From assembly GCA_963771465.1 (NCBI GenBank), contig CAVYTU010000012.1, forward strand, positions 96,001 through 160,000: 64,000 bases of DNA, in the 5' to 3' direction. Below are positions 1 to 10,320 of the stretch, one piece after another; the stretch's first letter is position 1; every line of letters begins with the position of its first letter. The notes beneath the pieces are model-generated. The model saw only the letters and a list, made by a program, of their open reading frames with translations. It made no database searches and was not told the DNA's origin. Source of the stretch: an uncultured delta proteobacterium. GTDB lineage: Bacteria; Desulfobacterota; Binatia; UBA9968. Position numbers and translations under genes: made by a program.

Positions 1-42
1 GACATGGCCGTCGGCGTCGATGATCGGATAATTTACGTTCAT
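1..42 (-). CDS. Amidohydrolase-family protein, N-terminal fragment (runs off window)
   Basis: Manual translation MNVNYPIIDADGHV with a GGAG RBS upstream; DxDxH metal motif of amidohydrolase_2 proteins. Confidence 0.7.
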   Translation of the reverse strand, partial: MNVNYPIIDADGHV

Positions 43-120
43 AACTTTTCTCCGTTCCAATGTTCCAGTCGTTCAAAACGCTTCAATCGTTTCAGAGCCA
101 AAAGCGTCGCCGCGGCTATA

Positions 121-879
121 TCAGAGAAACGAAATCCCGCCGTCGACGTTCACCGTCTGCCCGGTCATGAAATCGCTCAGTGGCGAGGCGAGAAACAGCA
201 TGGCGCCGACGACGTCTTGCGGCATTTGAATTCGTTTCAACGATCGCAAACCAACGGACGATTCTCGGAATTTGATCATTTGCTCGGTCGGGTTTTCTTC
301 CGAGAGCGTGTTGCCCGGCGCCAGGCAATTGACGTTGATGTTATCGCCGCCGACTTCGCGCGCCAAGGTGCGGGTGAAGCCGATGGTGGCGGCTTTCGAA
401 GTGACATAGTGAATTCTGCCCGGCGCTCCAGCGAAAACGGTGCCCGAGGCGATGTTGATGATTTTACCGGATTGCTGCTTGCGCATGGCCGGTAATACGG
501 CGCGGCAGCAAAAAAACAGGCCACGCAGATTCACCGCCATCAACTTATCCCATTCGTCCGGATCGATGGTTTCGATCCTGCCGCGGTTCATCGGCACCAC
601 GGAAAATATCGCGGCGTTGTTGATGAGAACGTCGATGTGGCCGAAACGGTCGAGGGCTTGCGCGGCCATTCTCTTAGTCGCTTCTTCGTTCGACACGTCG
701 ACGTCAAGCGCCAGCGCTGGCGTGCCAATATCTTTGGCTACCGCTTCGGCACCCAGTTTGTCGATGTCGGCGATAACGACACGCGCGCCGGCGTTGGCGA
801 AACCGTTGCAGTAGGCTTTGCCGATACCGTGGGCGCCGCCGGTGACGATGACGACTTTGTCTTTCAGTCCGTCGATCAT
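121..879 (-). CDS. SDR family oxidoreductase
   Basis: TGGAHGIG, NNAA and YVTSK motifs; ATG at 879 preferred over TTG at 885. Confidence 0.93.
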   Translation of the reverse strand: MIDGLKDKVVIVTGGAHGIGKAYCNGFANAGARVVIADIDKLGAEAVAKDIGTPALALDVDVSNEEATKRMAAQALDRFGHIDVLINNAAIFSVVPMNRGRIETIDPDEWDKLMAVNLRGLFFCCRAVLPAMRKQQSGKIINIASGTVFAGAPGRIHYVTSKAATIGFTRTLAREVGGDNINVNCLAPGNTLSEENPTEQMIKFRESSVGLRSLKRIQMPQDVVGAMLFLASPLSDFMTGQTVNVDGGISFL

Positions 880-947
880 TGCCAAAGGCCTCGATTCAAA
901 TCACGACCTGTCTGAATGTTTGTGTAAAACAGTATGGTTCGAGTATT

Positions 948-1036
948 CGTCATTCCCGCGCACGCGGGAATCCAGACTCCCCACCCGCCTGGATTCCGGG
1001 TCGAGCTAGCTCTTGCCAGCCTCGCCCGGAATGACG
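948..1036. repeat. REP/MITE-like palindromic element
   Basis: Terminal inverted repeats CGTCATTCC...GGAATGACG, internal ATTCCCGCGCACGCGGGAAT palindrome and GGAATCCAG/CTGGATTCC arms. Confidence 0.8.
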
Positions 1037-1064
1037 GACGAAGGATTCATCAACTCTCGTAAAA

Positions 1065-2159
1065 TCATCCGATCGCCGGGTTGATCAAAGCCTTGGTTGG
1101 GAAAGTGCCGGGCACTTCGCCGCCGATGGAGCGGATGCAGTGCTCGATGTCTTTCAACGGAAAAACATGGCTGACCATTTGTTCGACGGGGAACTTGGTC
1201 TCTTCGATAATGCGCAGCGCCGCTTCCGTGGCGTCGTTGTCGGCGGTGAAGCAGCCTTGGAGCTTAATCTCATTCCAAACGAGTTTATCCATGAGCATCG
1301 GTGTCACCGTAGTGTCGCCGGTCAAACCGCCGAGCACCATGGTCGATTGACGGTGCAGGCAGTCGACCGATTTCAAGATCGCATTCGGATTGCCCGAGAC
1401 ATCGACGACCACGTCGCACATTTCGCCGTTGGTTTCTTTGCGGATCACTTCGACGACGTCTTCTTCTTCGACGTTGATGGTGCGCGTGGCGCCGAATTTT
1501 TTTGCCAATTCCAATCTCGGCTTGTCCCGGCCGATGCCGGTGATAAAAATTTTCGCTGCGCCGGCATGCTTCGACGCAAACGTGCATGAGAGTCCCTGCT
1601 GGCCGGGACCTTGGATCAAAACGTAGTCGCCCATCTTGACGCCGCCGCGGCGGATCGCCCACTGAAATCCGTTCGCCATCACCGAGCCGATCAACGCCGC
1701 CGCTTCAGCGGAAAGCGATTCGCTTACTTTGGTGCAAAGCACATCGGGCGCCAAATAGAGATAGTCGGCGAAACCGCCGAATAGATGGGGCGGCTGATCG
1801 CATTTCGTCCGTCCACCGTAATTGGTGCGCTGGCGGCAAAAGCGCTGGTTGTTGCGCCGGCAGTCGGCGCAGCGGCCGCAGCCGAGCGCGCCTTTGAGAA
1901 TGACGCGGTCGCCTTCTTTGACATGATGAATCGCCGCGGCATTTTTGCCGAGCTTTTCGACGCGGCCAAGAATTTCATGGCCGAGGATGATCGGATAGTC
2001 GACTTTGAGCTTGCCGTGCAAATATTTCACGTCGGTGCCGCAGACGCCGCCCATTTCGATCTTGATCAAGCCGCCGTCGGCGGGAATATCGGGAATCGGA
2101 TACTCGCGGAGTTCGAGTTTATCCGGTCCGAGCAGTGTCGCTCCTCTTGCGCTTGCCAT
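1065..2159 (-). CDS. Zinc-binding (MDR) alcohol dehydrogenase
   Basis: CGTD, GHE, CGRCADC..C structural Zn site, GPGQQG nucleotide motif. Confidence 0.93.
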   Translation of the reverse strand: MASARGATLLGPDKLELREYPIPDIPADGGLIKIEMGGVCGTDVKYLHGKLKVDYPIILGHEILGRVEKLGKNAAAIHHVKEGDRVILKGALGCGRCADCRRNNQRFCRQRTNYGGRTKCDQPPHLFGGFADYLYLAPDVLCTKVSESLSAEAAALIGSVMANGFQWAIRRGGVKMGDYVLIQGPGQQGLSCTFASKHAGAAKIFITGIGRDKPRLELAKKFGATRTINVEEEDVVEVIRKETNGEMCDVVVDVSGNPNAILKSVDCLHRQSTMVLGGLTGDTTVTPMLMDKLVWNEIKLQGCFTADNDATEAALRIIEETKFPVEQMVSHVFPLKDIEHCIRSIGGEVPGTFPTKALINPAIG

Positions 2160-2197
2160 GATTCGTTCTCCTTATGATCGTTCAGTGATTTATGATT

Positions 2198-2266
2198 GAG
2201 CTCCTTCGCCGCGCTCCGAATGACGCAACCTCTGATCGAGATCCTTCACTCCGTTCAGGATGAAGG
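2198..2266. repeat. Two degenerate REP-like copies
   Basis: GAGCTCCTTCGCCGCGCTCCGAATGAC and GAGATCCTTCACTCCGTTCAGGATGAA in tandem in an intergenic space. Confidence 0.55.
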
Positions 2267-2287
2267 AACCTCACATCAAAGGTTCCT

Positions 2288-3271
2288 TCACTTCACTCGA
2301 TATTCCTGTGATACTTTGTCGATGAAACCCGTGCTCTCAAGTTCCTTGACCAACGATAGGTCGGTGTAGCGTTCCGGGTTCTCCTTTAAGACTTTGGGAT
2401 CTTTCTTGCCGACTTCTTGGATCGGCAGCTCGAAATATTCCCGCGACGGATAGGGCTTCAGTGGAAAATCGTATTCGCGGAAGTTCTCTTCGAGTATTTC
2501 GCGGTCTTGCACTTTCATGTACTTCGACAAAACCTTCATGGCGAATTCTTTGTTGGACTTATAAAGGGCGACGCCTTCGATCATCGCCTTGGTGAAGTTG
2601 ACTAGTTCCGCCCGAGTCTTCGTCAAGTAGGGCCGGCGCGACACGAAAAACAGGCTGGAGTAGGGAATATTAAGCTTGGATGCGTCGAGCAGGAGCGTCA
2701 TGCCGAGTTTGCGCGCTTGCAGCGTCATCGGCGGCGTCAGCATAGCGGCATCGGCATTGTTCGTCTCGACCGCGGCGATGCGGTTCGATTGATTGCCGAA
2801 TTGAAGCAAGGCGACATCGGTGTCGGGCCGGAGTCCCTCGCGCTGGAGCAGGAAGCGGGCGGCGAAGTCGGCGTTGCTGCCGAAGCGGCTGATGGCGATT
2901 CGCTTTACTTCCTTGATGCTCTTGATGCCCTTCTTTCCATACACCCGATTGTCCATGGTATTGCCCAAGCGGCCGAACATGACCAACTCCAACCCGGGGT
3001 TGGTAATCACCACTTGGGGCGAGAACATGCCGACTTGAGCGTCGCCCGATGTCAAAGCCGCGGCGGCTAAGGAAGCGCCTTGAATAAAAATCAGCTCCAC
3101 ATTGTTGCCGTACTTCTCGAAGAGCTTGGCTTCCTTGGTCACCCAAAGCGGCGCGAATTGGCCAACCTCGCTGGTCCAAACGACATTGATGTTGGCGGCG
3201 AACGCGGCGGGCGCTTGCGTCAATACGATAGTGAACGTTATCAGGCGCAATGCGTGACATATCATTCTCAT
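2288..3271 (-). CDS. ABC transporter substrate-binding protein (SsuA/THI5/NMT1-like)
   Basis: Signal peptide; SRFGSNAD, GLRPDTDV and C-terminal LVKELESTGFI patterns. Confidence 0.88.
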   Translation of the reverse strand: MRMICHALRLITFTIVLTQAPAAFAANINVVWTSEVGQFAPLWVTKEAKLFEKYGNNVELIFIQGASLAAAALTSGDAQVGMFSPQVVITNPGLELVMFGRLGNTMDNRVYGKKGIKSIKEVKRIAISRFGSNADFAARFLLQREGLRPDTDVALLQFGNQSNRIAAVETNNADAAMLTPPMTLQARKLGMTLLLDASKLNIPYSSLFFVSRRPYLTKTRAELVNFTKAMIEGVALYKSNKEFAMKVLSKYMKVQDREILEENFREYDFPLKPYPSREYFELPIQEVGKKDPKVLKENPERYTDLSLVKELESTGFIDKVSQEYRVK

Positions 3272-3379
3272 GCAATTCTCCTTGTATCTCTCACCGTGAA
3301 GGCGAACCGAGCTTGAACTTGTTTCTCGCTTACCCCTATACTTCCGAACCGACCCTGGATCAAGTTAACGGAGGAGCAC

Positions 3380-4360
3380 ATGATTCGATTCGCAAGCGCG
3401 CTGCTATTAGCTTTATTGACCATTAGCCCGGCATCGGCGCAAACACCGGTGCGGGTCATGACGGGTTATGCCGCTACTTCCGGTCCTCATGCCGTACTCT
3501 GGATAGCGCGTGAGGCGGGACTGTTCGACAAGAACGGCATCAAAGCCGAAGTCGCTTACATTCGCAGCGGGTCGACTATGGCACAGACTTTGGTCTCCGG
3601 AGAGATCCAGATGTCGCAGATGGGCGGGCCGGCGATGCTCGCCGCCGGCGTGGCAGGGATGGATGTGACATTCGTCGCCGTCGCGCTCAATACGACGCCG
3701 ATCGTGATCATGGGCACGGTGTCGCGCATGGAAGATCTCAAAGGCAAAGGAATTGGCGTGACGCGCTACGGTTCCAACACGGATATTTCCGCTCGCTTCG
3801 CGATTCGCAAGGCAGGACTGCAACCTGAGAAAGACGTCGCGCTAATCCAGCTCGAAGACTATGCTGGTATTATGGGTGGTATCGCGTCCGGCCGTATCGC
3901 CGCCGGCGCGCTGGCTGACCCATTCACCGATGCGGCAAAGAAGCTGGGCTATAAAGAAATCGCCGATCTCGCTGCGATGGGACTGGAATTTCCCTTCGTC
4001 GGCATCGCCGTGAAGAAATCGTACATTAAGGACAACATGGACACGGTGCAGCGCTTCGTGCGCGCCTACACCGAGGCGATCGCAATTTACAAGAATAACC
4101 GCGAGCTAGCGATGAAGGTCACCAGCAAATACACCGGCATCAAAGATCCGGCGATTCTCGCCTCGACGGTGGATTTCTACATGCCGAAGTTGCAGCGCGT
4201 GCCTTATCCGACGGTGGGCGGTATACGCTTCGTTCTCGATCAAGTCGCCATCCGCGAACCGAAAGCGAAAAACTTCGCGCCGGAAACGTTCATGGATACG
4301 CGCTTTGTCAAACAGTTGGAGGACAGCGGGTTTATCAAGTCGCTTTACCCCAAAGGATGA
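3380..4360 (+). CDS. ABC transporter substrate-binding protein (SsuA/THI5/NMT1-like)
   Basis: Signal peptide, TRYGSNTD, GLQPEKDV; GGAGGAG RBS. Confidence 0.88.
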   Translation: MIRFASALLLALLTISPASAQTPVRVMTGYAATSGPHAVLWIAREAGLFDKNGIKAEVAYIRSGSTMAQTLVSGEIQMSQMGGPAMLAAGVAGMDVTFVAVALNTTPIVIMGTVSRMEDLKGKGIGVTRYGSNTDISARFAIRKAGLQPEKDVALIQLEDYAGIMGGIASGRIAAGALADPFTDAAKKLGYKEIADLAAMGLEFPFVGIAVKKSYIKDNMDTVQRFVRAYTEAIAIYKNNRELAMKVTSKYTGIKDPAILASTVDFYMPKLQRVPYPTVGGIRFVLDQVAIREPKAKNFAPETFMDTRFVKQLEDSGFIKSLYPKG

Positions 4361-4402
4361 TGTCGTCGGGGTGGGAATATATTCCAAATTCCAACTCGGA
4401 AT

Positions 4403-4900
4403 CTAGCCTTTAACCAACGCCAAGCCGAGCAGCACTACGATCGGGCCGAGAGCGGCGTTGATTTTCAATAGCAAGAACCAACGGCGCCAGTGCGTTAGCA
4501 GCAGCGCGGGCCATTCGGTTGTAGTCGGCTTGATCCCGGCAGTGAGCTGGGCGATGCGCGGTGCGTATTTGAAAACTTGCAGGCCGTGATGTAGCGCCAT
4601 GGCGCCGAACAAAAACAGTTTGGCGCCGAGCAGGATGATGTAGGATTCGCCCAGCGGCGCTGCGGCCGTTTGGGTGCTTAGCACCAGATTGACTATTCCG
4701 GTTATCAACAAGAGCGCGATGGCGGTCCAGGAGATCCGCTCCAAACCGATTCTCCCTTGATTCATCGTTTTGATCGCGATGTACGGCTCGAGTTCATACA
4801 CCGCGGGTCCCGAGACGACGAGAAAAAACACGATGCCGCCGAGCCAAAGCGCGATGGCGATTAGGTGCAGCATCAAGCTGAGTGAATACCAAGTGGACAT
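4403..4900 (-). CDS. CopD/DUF4149-like 4-TM membrane protein
   Basis: LHLIAIALWLGG and AKL..HH patterns, four hydrophobic segments; divergent from the cox operon. Confidence 0.65.
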   Translation of the reverse strand: MSTWYSLSLMLHLIAIALWLGGIVFFLVVSGPAVYELEPYIAIKTMNQGRIGLERISWTAIALLLITGIVNLVLSTQTAAAPLGESYIILLGAKLFLFGAMALHHGLQVFKYAPRIAQLTAGIKPTTTEWPALLLTHWRRWFLLLKINAALGPIVVLLGLALVKG

Positions 4901-5065
4901 GAATCGATACGCGCTAAAATTTTTCTTGTCGGCATCGATCTTCGCATAAATCTGCGCCAATTCAACGCAAATCTCGCTTGAAAAGGATTATGGCGCTGTG
5001 TTAGCAAATAGCGAGTTTCCAACGCCAATCGCAATAATTCACTTTTAAGAAGGATGGTTGACTAG

Positions 5066-5731
5066 ATGCTTCGTTGGTTGCCTGAAGACGTGTCTACTTA
5101 TGGGCACGAGATCGATTCGTTATTCTACCTTATTTATTACATCACCGCGGTGGCGTTTATTCTGGTTACCGTATTGATGATCGTTTTCTTGATCAAGTAT
5201 CGTGAACAGCCTGGACGGCGCGCGGTTTATAGCCATGGCAATACCACACTGGAAATCATTTGGACGGTAGTTCCCGCGGCGATCTTGATCGTGCTGTCGT
5301 TCATGAGCGTGAACACTTGGGCCAAGATCAAGCGCAATCCACCGGCGACCGATTTTGAAATCAAAGTTACCGCCAAGCAGTTTAACTGGGACGTGATCTA
5401 TCCCGGACCGGACGGCAAGTTGGGCAGCGACGACGATATTAAGTTCGACAACGACATGCATGTGCCGGTGAACAAAGTCGTGCGGATTCATCTTGGATCG
5501 AGCGATGTCATTCATAGTTTCTTCATTCCCAACCTGCGCTTTAAACAGGACGCCGTGCCCGGCCGAACGATCTTGGCGTGGTTCGAAGCGACCAAGCCCG
5601 GCAAGTACGAGCTGCCCTGCGCCGAGCTCTGCGGTTTCGGTCATTCCGGTATGAAGGGTTGGCTGCATGTTCATTCGGTCGAAGACTACAAGAAGTGGGC
5701 GGATGAACATCTGGCGCCCAAACCACAGTGA
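5066..5731 (+). CDS. coxB: Cytochrome c oxidase subunit II
   Basis: LEIIWT, DVIHSF and CuA motif CAELCGFGHSGM; no fused cytochrome c. Confidence 0.97.
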   Translation: MLRWLPEDVSTYGHEIDSLFYLIYYITAVAFILVTVLMIVFLIKYREQPGRRAVYSHGNTTLEIIWTVVPAAILIVLSFMSVNTWAKIKRNPPATDFEIKVTAKQFNWDVIYPGPDGKLGSDDDIKFDNDMHVPVNKVVRIHLGSSDVIHSFFIPNLRFKQDAVPGRTILAWFEATKPGKYELPCAELCGFGHSGMKGWLHVHSVEDYKKWADEHLAPKPQ

Positions 5732-5782
5732 TTTTCATTTCACAGCGATTTCGTTCCAGCGCGATTACGGAGGATTCTTAGG

Positions 5783-7549
5783 ATGAGCGACACAGCAGCG
5801 GCGCACCCGGCGCATGGCCACCACGCCAAGCCCAGTTTTATTAGCCATTACATCTTCTCACTCGATCACAAGATGATCGCCCGGCAATTCCTTTTCGTGG
5901 GTCTGCTGATGCTCATGATCGGCGGCATTCTCGCCATGTTGGTGCGCTGGCAGCTGGCGTGGCCGGAAAGCCCGGTGCCGGGGCTCGGCTTCGTCTCCGA
6001 GCCCTATATTTACCCCGGTCCCAACGGCGGCGGAATCATTCCGCCGCAAACCTATAACGCGCTTTTCACCATGCACGCGACGATCATGATTTTTTTCGTG
6101 GTCATGCCGATTATGGTGGGGACCTTTGGCAATTTTCTTATTCCGCTAATGATCGGCGCCGGCGACATGGCGTTTCCCAAACTCAACATGTTGTCGTTTT
6201 GGGTGGGTGCGTTATCGGGTGTCGTGATGCTGGCGAGTTTCTTCGTACCCGGCGGACCGGCGGCCGGCGGTTGGACCGGTTACGCGACGCTTTCTGCAAA
6301 GGCACAGTATACCGGCGTTGAGTGGGGCCAACATCTGTGGATCATTGCCTTGATGCTCAACGGTGTTTCATCCTTGATGGGCGCCATCAACTACATTACG
6401 ACGGTAGTCAACATGCGGGCGCCGGGCATGAGCTATTTCCGCATGCCGTTAACGGTCTGGTCACTCTTCGTCACCGCGATTTTATTGTTGCTGGCGCTGC
6501 CGGTGTTGACCGCGGCCTTGGCCATGCTGCTATTCGACCGTATGGCGGGCACGAGCTTTTTCCTACCCGAAGGTGGCGGTGAGCCGCTGCTCTGGCAGCA
6601 TATGTTCTGGTTCTTCGGCCATCCGGAGGTGTACATTCTGGTGCTCCCGGCCATGGGCATTACCTCCGACTTATTATCGACGTTCTCGCGCAAGCCGATC
6701 TTCGGCTATCACGCCATGGCTTTCTCGATGATCGCTATCGCATTCTTATCGTGGATCGTCTGGGGCCATCATATGTTCATCAGCGGTATGAATCCTTTGC
6801 TCGGCACCGCTTTTATGATGACGACGATGGTCATTGCGGTTCCCTCCGCCATCAAAGTGTTTAACTGGCTCGGTACCCTTTGGGGCGGCTCAATCCGCCT
6901 GACGGTGCCGATGCTGTTCGCTTTAGGATTCGTCTCGAACTTCTTGATCGGCGGTCTGAGCGGCATTTTCATGGCGTCGACGCCGGTCGATATTTTCATC
7001 CACGATACCTACTTCATTGTCGCCCACTTTCACTACGTCGTCGCCGGCATCATCTTCGCTCTGTTTGCCGCGGTTTATTATTGGTTCCCCAAGATGTTTT
7101 ACCGGAACATGAACCAGACGTTGGGCAAGATTCACTTCGTGCTCACCTATATTTTCTTCAACGGCGCGTTTTTCCCAATGCACTTTCTTGGCGTGGGCGG
7201 CCATATGCGGCGCATTTACAACCCGCTGCAGTATGAATTCATAACGCCGATGCATGATTGGAACGTATTCATCACTTGGAGTGCGCTGATTCTTGGCGCG
7301 TCGCAGATTTTTTTCCTGGGAAATTTTTTCTACAGTCTGTTCGCCGGCAAAAAGGCCGAGCGCAATCCCTGGCAAGCCAACACTCTTGAGTGGTCGGCGC
7401 CGACGCCGACACCGCATGGCAACTTCGAAGTGACGCCGACGGTCTATCGCGGTGCCTATGAATATAGTTCCCCAGAAGTGAAGGAAGACTGGTTGCCCCA
7501 GGACAAGAACCTCGGTCCCATCGCTAGCACCGCCGTACGAGGCCACTAG
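5783..7549 (+). CDS. coxA: Cytochrome c oxidase subunit I (A1 type)
   Basis: DHK, TMHA, WFFGHPEVY, WGHH and AHFHY motifs. Confidence 0.98.
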   Translation: MSDTAAAHPAHGHHAKPSFISHYIFSLDHKMIARQFLFVGLLMLMIGGILAMLVRWQLAWPESPVPGLGFVSEPYIYPGPNGGGIIPPQTYNALFTMHATIMIFFVVMPIMVGTFGNFLIPLMIGAGDMAFPKLNMLSFWVGALSGVVMLASFFVPGGPAAGGWTGYATLSAKAQYTGVEWGQHLWIIALMLNGVSSLMGAINYITTVVNMRAPGMSYFRMPLTVWSLFVTAILLLLALPVLTAALAMLLFDRMAGTSFFLPEGGGEPLLWQHMFWFFGHPEVYILVLPAMGITSDLLSTFSRKPIFGYHAMAFSMIAIAFLSWIVWGHHMFISGMNPLLGTAFMMTTMVIAVPSAIKVFNWLGTLWGGSIRLTVPMLFALGFVSNFLIGGLSGIFMASTPVDIFIHDTYFIVAHFHYVVAGIIFALFAAVYYWFPKMFYRNMNQTLGKIHFVLTYIFFNGAFFPMHFLGVGGHMRRIYNPLQYEFITPMHDWNVFITWSALILGASQIFFLGNFFYSLFAGKKAERNPWQANTLEWSAPTPTPHGNFEVTPTVYRGAYEYSSPEVKEDWLPQDKNLGPIASTAVRGH

Positions 7550-7586
7550 CAGCAGAATCTGGAGATCGGAAGTCATAGTCAGAGGT

Positions 7587-8553
7587 ATGAAGCTGGAATC
7601 CGTAAACAGGAAGTCATCCTTCGTCCCTGGTGCTTCGACTTTTTCTCCCTGGCCGCATCGGCTGGCAGTCATTCTCGCATGCGCGACTTTCCCTTTGCTA
7701 TTCATCGGTGGTCTGGTGACGAGTTTGGGTGCTGGGCTTGCCGTGCCGGACTGGCCGACTACGTTCGGCTACAACATGTTTCTTTACCCTTGGTCGAAAA
7801 TGATCGGCGGAATTTTTTACGAGCATAGCCATCGTCTAGTGGCTTCGTCCGTTGGGCTTTTGACGATCGCGTTAGCTCTGACTTTTTGGTTTCGCGAACA
7901 GCGCCAATGGCTACGATGGCTCGGTGCTGCCGCCTTATGTCTTAGTCATCGTGCAAGGCGTCCTCGGCGGCCTGCGGGTGGTTTTGCTGCAGCATACGCT
8001 GGCGATCATACACGCTTGTTTAGCTCAAGCTTTTTTCGCGTTGACGGTGAGCTTGGCGCTGTTTACGTCTGCCGAGTGGCGCGAACCGGTTCATGCAACG
8101 ATCGCCGACGGCGGACGTCTGCGCCGGATCGCGACGATCACCACGGCACTGATCTATTTGCAGATCGTCTTTGGCGCGCTGTTGCGCCACACCGGCGAAC
8201 GGCTCGATGCGCACTTGCTCTTCGCCGCCTTGGTCGTCATTCATGTCGTGTTACTGATGTTGCGAATTACCCGCGCGCACGGTGATCGCGCTCAGTTGGC
8301 ACAACCGGGCTATTTTTTGGCAACGCTGCTACTGCTCCAACTCGCCATCGGAGCGCTCTCCTATGTTGGCAAGTTCACGACGATGCTACGCTGGCCGATT
8401 GAAGCGATCGTCTTGCTGACGACGACGCATTTGATCGTCGGCGCGCTGATGCTCGCGACAAGTTTGTGGATCGCCTTAAAAGCCTATCGCTTCTCCGCTT
8501 CGGCGCGGTCGGGAGCGCAGGCAAAAGTGCTGACGGAGCAGTATTCGATATGA
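7587..8553 (+). pseudogene. ctaA: Heme A synthase (COX15/CtaA family) split by a +1 frameshift near 7936-7944
   Basis: ORF 7587 has GLAVPDWP and EHSHR; the next frame continues LVIVQGVLGGLRV..HACLAQ..H..H; removing one base joins them. Confidence 0.8.
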
Positions 8554-9455
8554 GTTCCAACGTCGACACCTCATTCGTCAGCGGCGCAGCTCTAGTACGC
8601 CGTGCGGCGGATTATTTCGAGCTCGCCAAGCCGCGCGTTGTATTGATGGTGTTGATCACCGCATTCGTCGGGTTTTATTTGGGCTCGGCGGATGTGCCAA
8701 ACTATCTTCGCTTACTGCAGATGATTTTCGGCACCGCGCTCACCGCCGCCGGCACCTTGGCGCTTAACCAATATCTCGAACGGGACATAGATGCGCTGAT
8801 GGAGCGCACCCGTCGCCGGCCGCTGCCGGACGGGCGCGTGCAGCCACGCGAAGCCCTGTGGTTCGGTATCGCGATTGTGCTCGCCGGACTCATCTATCTC
8901 GCGCTGGCGGTCAATGTTCTCAGCTCGTTGGTGACGGCGTTCATAACGCTCAGCTATTTGGTTCTCTATACGCCGATGAAACCGCGCAGCTCGCTCTGCA
9001 TGCTGGTCGGCGCGGTACCAGGCGCTTTGCCGCCGGTGATCGGCTGGGTGGCAGCGCGCGGCAGCTTGGATATCACGGCTTGGGTGCTGTTCGCGATTAT
9101 GTTCCTGTGGCAAGTGCCGCACACACTGGCGATCGCGCGGCTTTATTGTGCCGACTATGCCAAGGCGGGGATTCAGTTTTTGCCTGTCATCGAGCCGGAC
9201 GGTGAGAGCACCAATCGCCAGATCGTCAGCCATTCAGCTGCGCTGCTCGCGGTCAGTTTGTTGCCGACGCTGCTCGGTGCGGCGGGCACAATCTACTTTG
9301 TCGCCGCGTTCATCCTCGGCGTTGGCTTTTTGGTTTTCGGCATTCGCTTAGTTTTAGAGTCGACGCTCAAGCGAGCGCGCCAGCTTTTGTACGCGTCGCT
9401 GATTTACTTGCCGGTGCTGCTGCTTATCATGGCGCTGGATCGGAAGGCGTTATGA
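8550..9455 (+). CDS. ctaB: Protoheme IX farnesyltransferase (heme O synthase)
   Basis: LAKPR, NQYLERDIDALMERTRRRPLP, WQVPH; ATGA overlap with the ctaA stop. Confidence 0.96.
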   Translation: MSSNVDTSFVSGAALVRRAADYFELAKPRVVLMVLITAFVGFYLGSADVPNYLRLLQMIFGTALTAAGTLALNQYLERDIDALMERTRRRPLPDGRVQPREALWFGIAIVLAGLIYLALAVNVLSSLVTAFITLSYLVLYTPMKPRSSLCMLVGAVPGALPPVIGWVAARGSLDITAWVLFAIMFLWQVPHTLAIARLYCADYAKAGIQFLPVIEPDGESTNRQIVSHSAALLAVSLLPTLLGAAGTIYFVAAFILGVGFLVFGIRLVLESTLKRARQLLYASLIYLPVLLLIMALDRKAL

Positions 9456-9577
9456 ATCGAATCATGACCGAACCCAATTCCCCATCGAGAGTTAAAGTAA
9501 CTCGTTTCGGAATTTTGTTGGCGGCGGCGGTGATCGCTTACATCGGCGCGGTGATCGTCTTCATCATTGTTAATTGA
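9452..9577 (+). CDS. 41-aa single-TM small protein (not in ORF track)
   Basis: MNRIMTEPNSPSRVKVTRFGILLAAAVIAYIGAVIVFIIVN; ATGA overlap with the ctaB stop; fills the operon gap. Confidence 0.65.
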   Translation: MNRIMTEPNSPSRVKVTRFGILLAAAVIAYIGAVIVFIIVN

Positions 9578-9601
9578 GTTGAAAGTTCAGGGCTCTCGGT
9601 A

Positions 9602-10264
9602 ATGGCAAAATCCTCCGCAGCACGAAAACTAACTGAGATCGTGTCACCGCCTCAGCGGCGGCGCTCGGCATTCGGCGGCGGGCCGCCGACGCCGCCGGTG
9701 CGGCCAAATCTGCCGATCCTCAACAACTCCCGACTCGCAGTAGTCATGTTACTCGCCTCCGAACTGATGTTTTTCGCCGGCTTGATCGGCGCATTTCTGG
9801 TTTTTCGTTTGAGCGCGACGGTTTGGCCGCCGCCGTTCCAGCCGCGCTTGCCGCTCGGCGTGACCGGGGTGAATAGTCTGATTCTGCTTTTCAGCGCGCT
9901 GACGATGCATTGGGCTGTATCCGCCAGCCGTACCGGCTTAGCATCCAAGCTAGTGCGTCAACTATTTTTCACCCTGCTTCTGGGCGCGCTCTTTTTAGTC
10001 ATTCAAGGTTATGAATGGACGCGTCTGATTCATTTCGGTTTGACCACGTCGAGCAGCGTCTACGGCGGTCTGTTCTACGCGCTCATCGGCGCCCATGGCG
10101 CGCATGTATTCGGCGGGCTGGTTTGGCTGTTGATCGTTTACTGGCAGGCAAGACACGGGCGATTTACCAAGACGGATTTTGTCGGTGTGCAGACCGCGCG
10201 CATGTATTGGACCTTCGTTGTCGCGCTTTGGCCAGTGCTCTACGGTTTGGTTTATCTTTACTAG
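9602..10264 (+). CDS. coxC: Cytochrome c oxidase subunit III-like (copy 1)
   Basis: LASELMFF, QGYEW, GAHGAHV, YWTFV. Confidence 0.9.
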   Translation: MAKSSAARKLTEIVSPPQRRRSAFGGGPPTPPVRPNLPILNNSRLAVVMLLASELMFFAGLIGAFLVFRLSATVWPPPFQPRLPLGVTGVNSLILLFSALTMHWAVSASRTGLASKLVRQLFFTLLLGALFLVIQGYEWTRLIHFGLTTSSSVYGGLFYALIGAHGAHVFGGLVWLLIVYWQARHGRFTKTDFVGVQTARMYWTFVVALWPVLYGLVYLY

Positions 10265-10320
10265 CGACGTTTAGTTGACAGGGCGAAACCGTTAAGATAC
10301 TTTTTTGGCTGTTTAAGATT

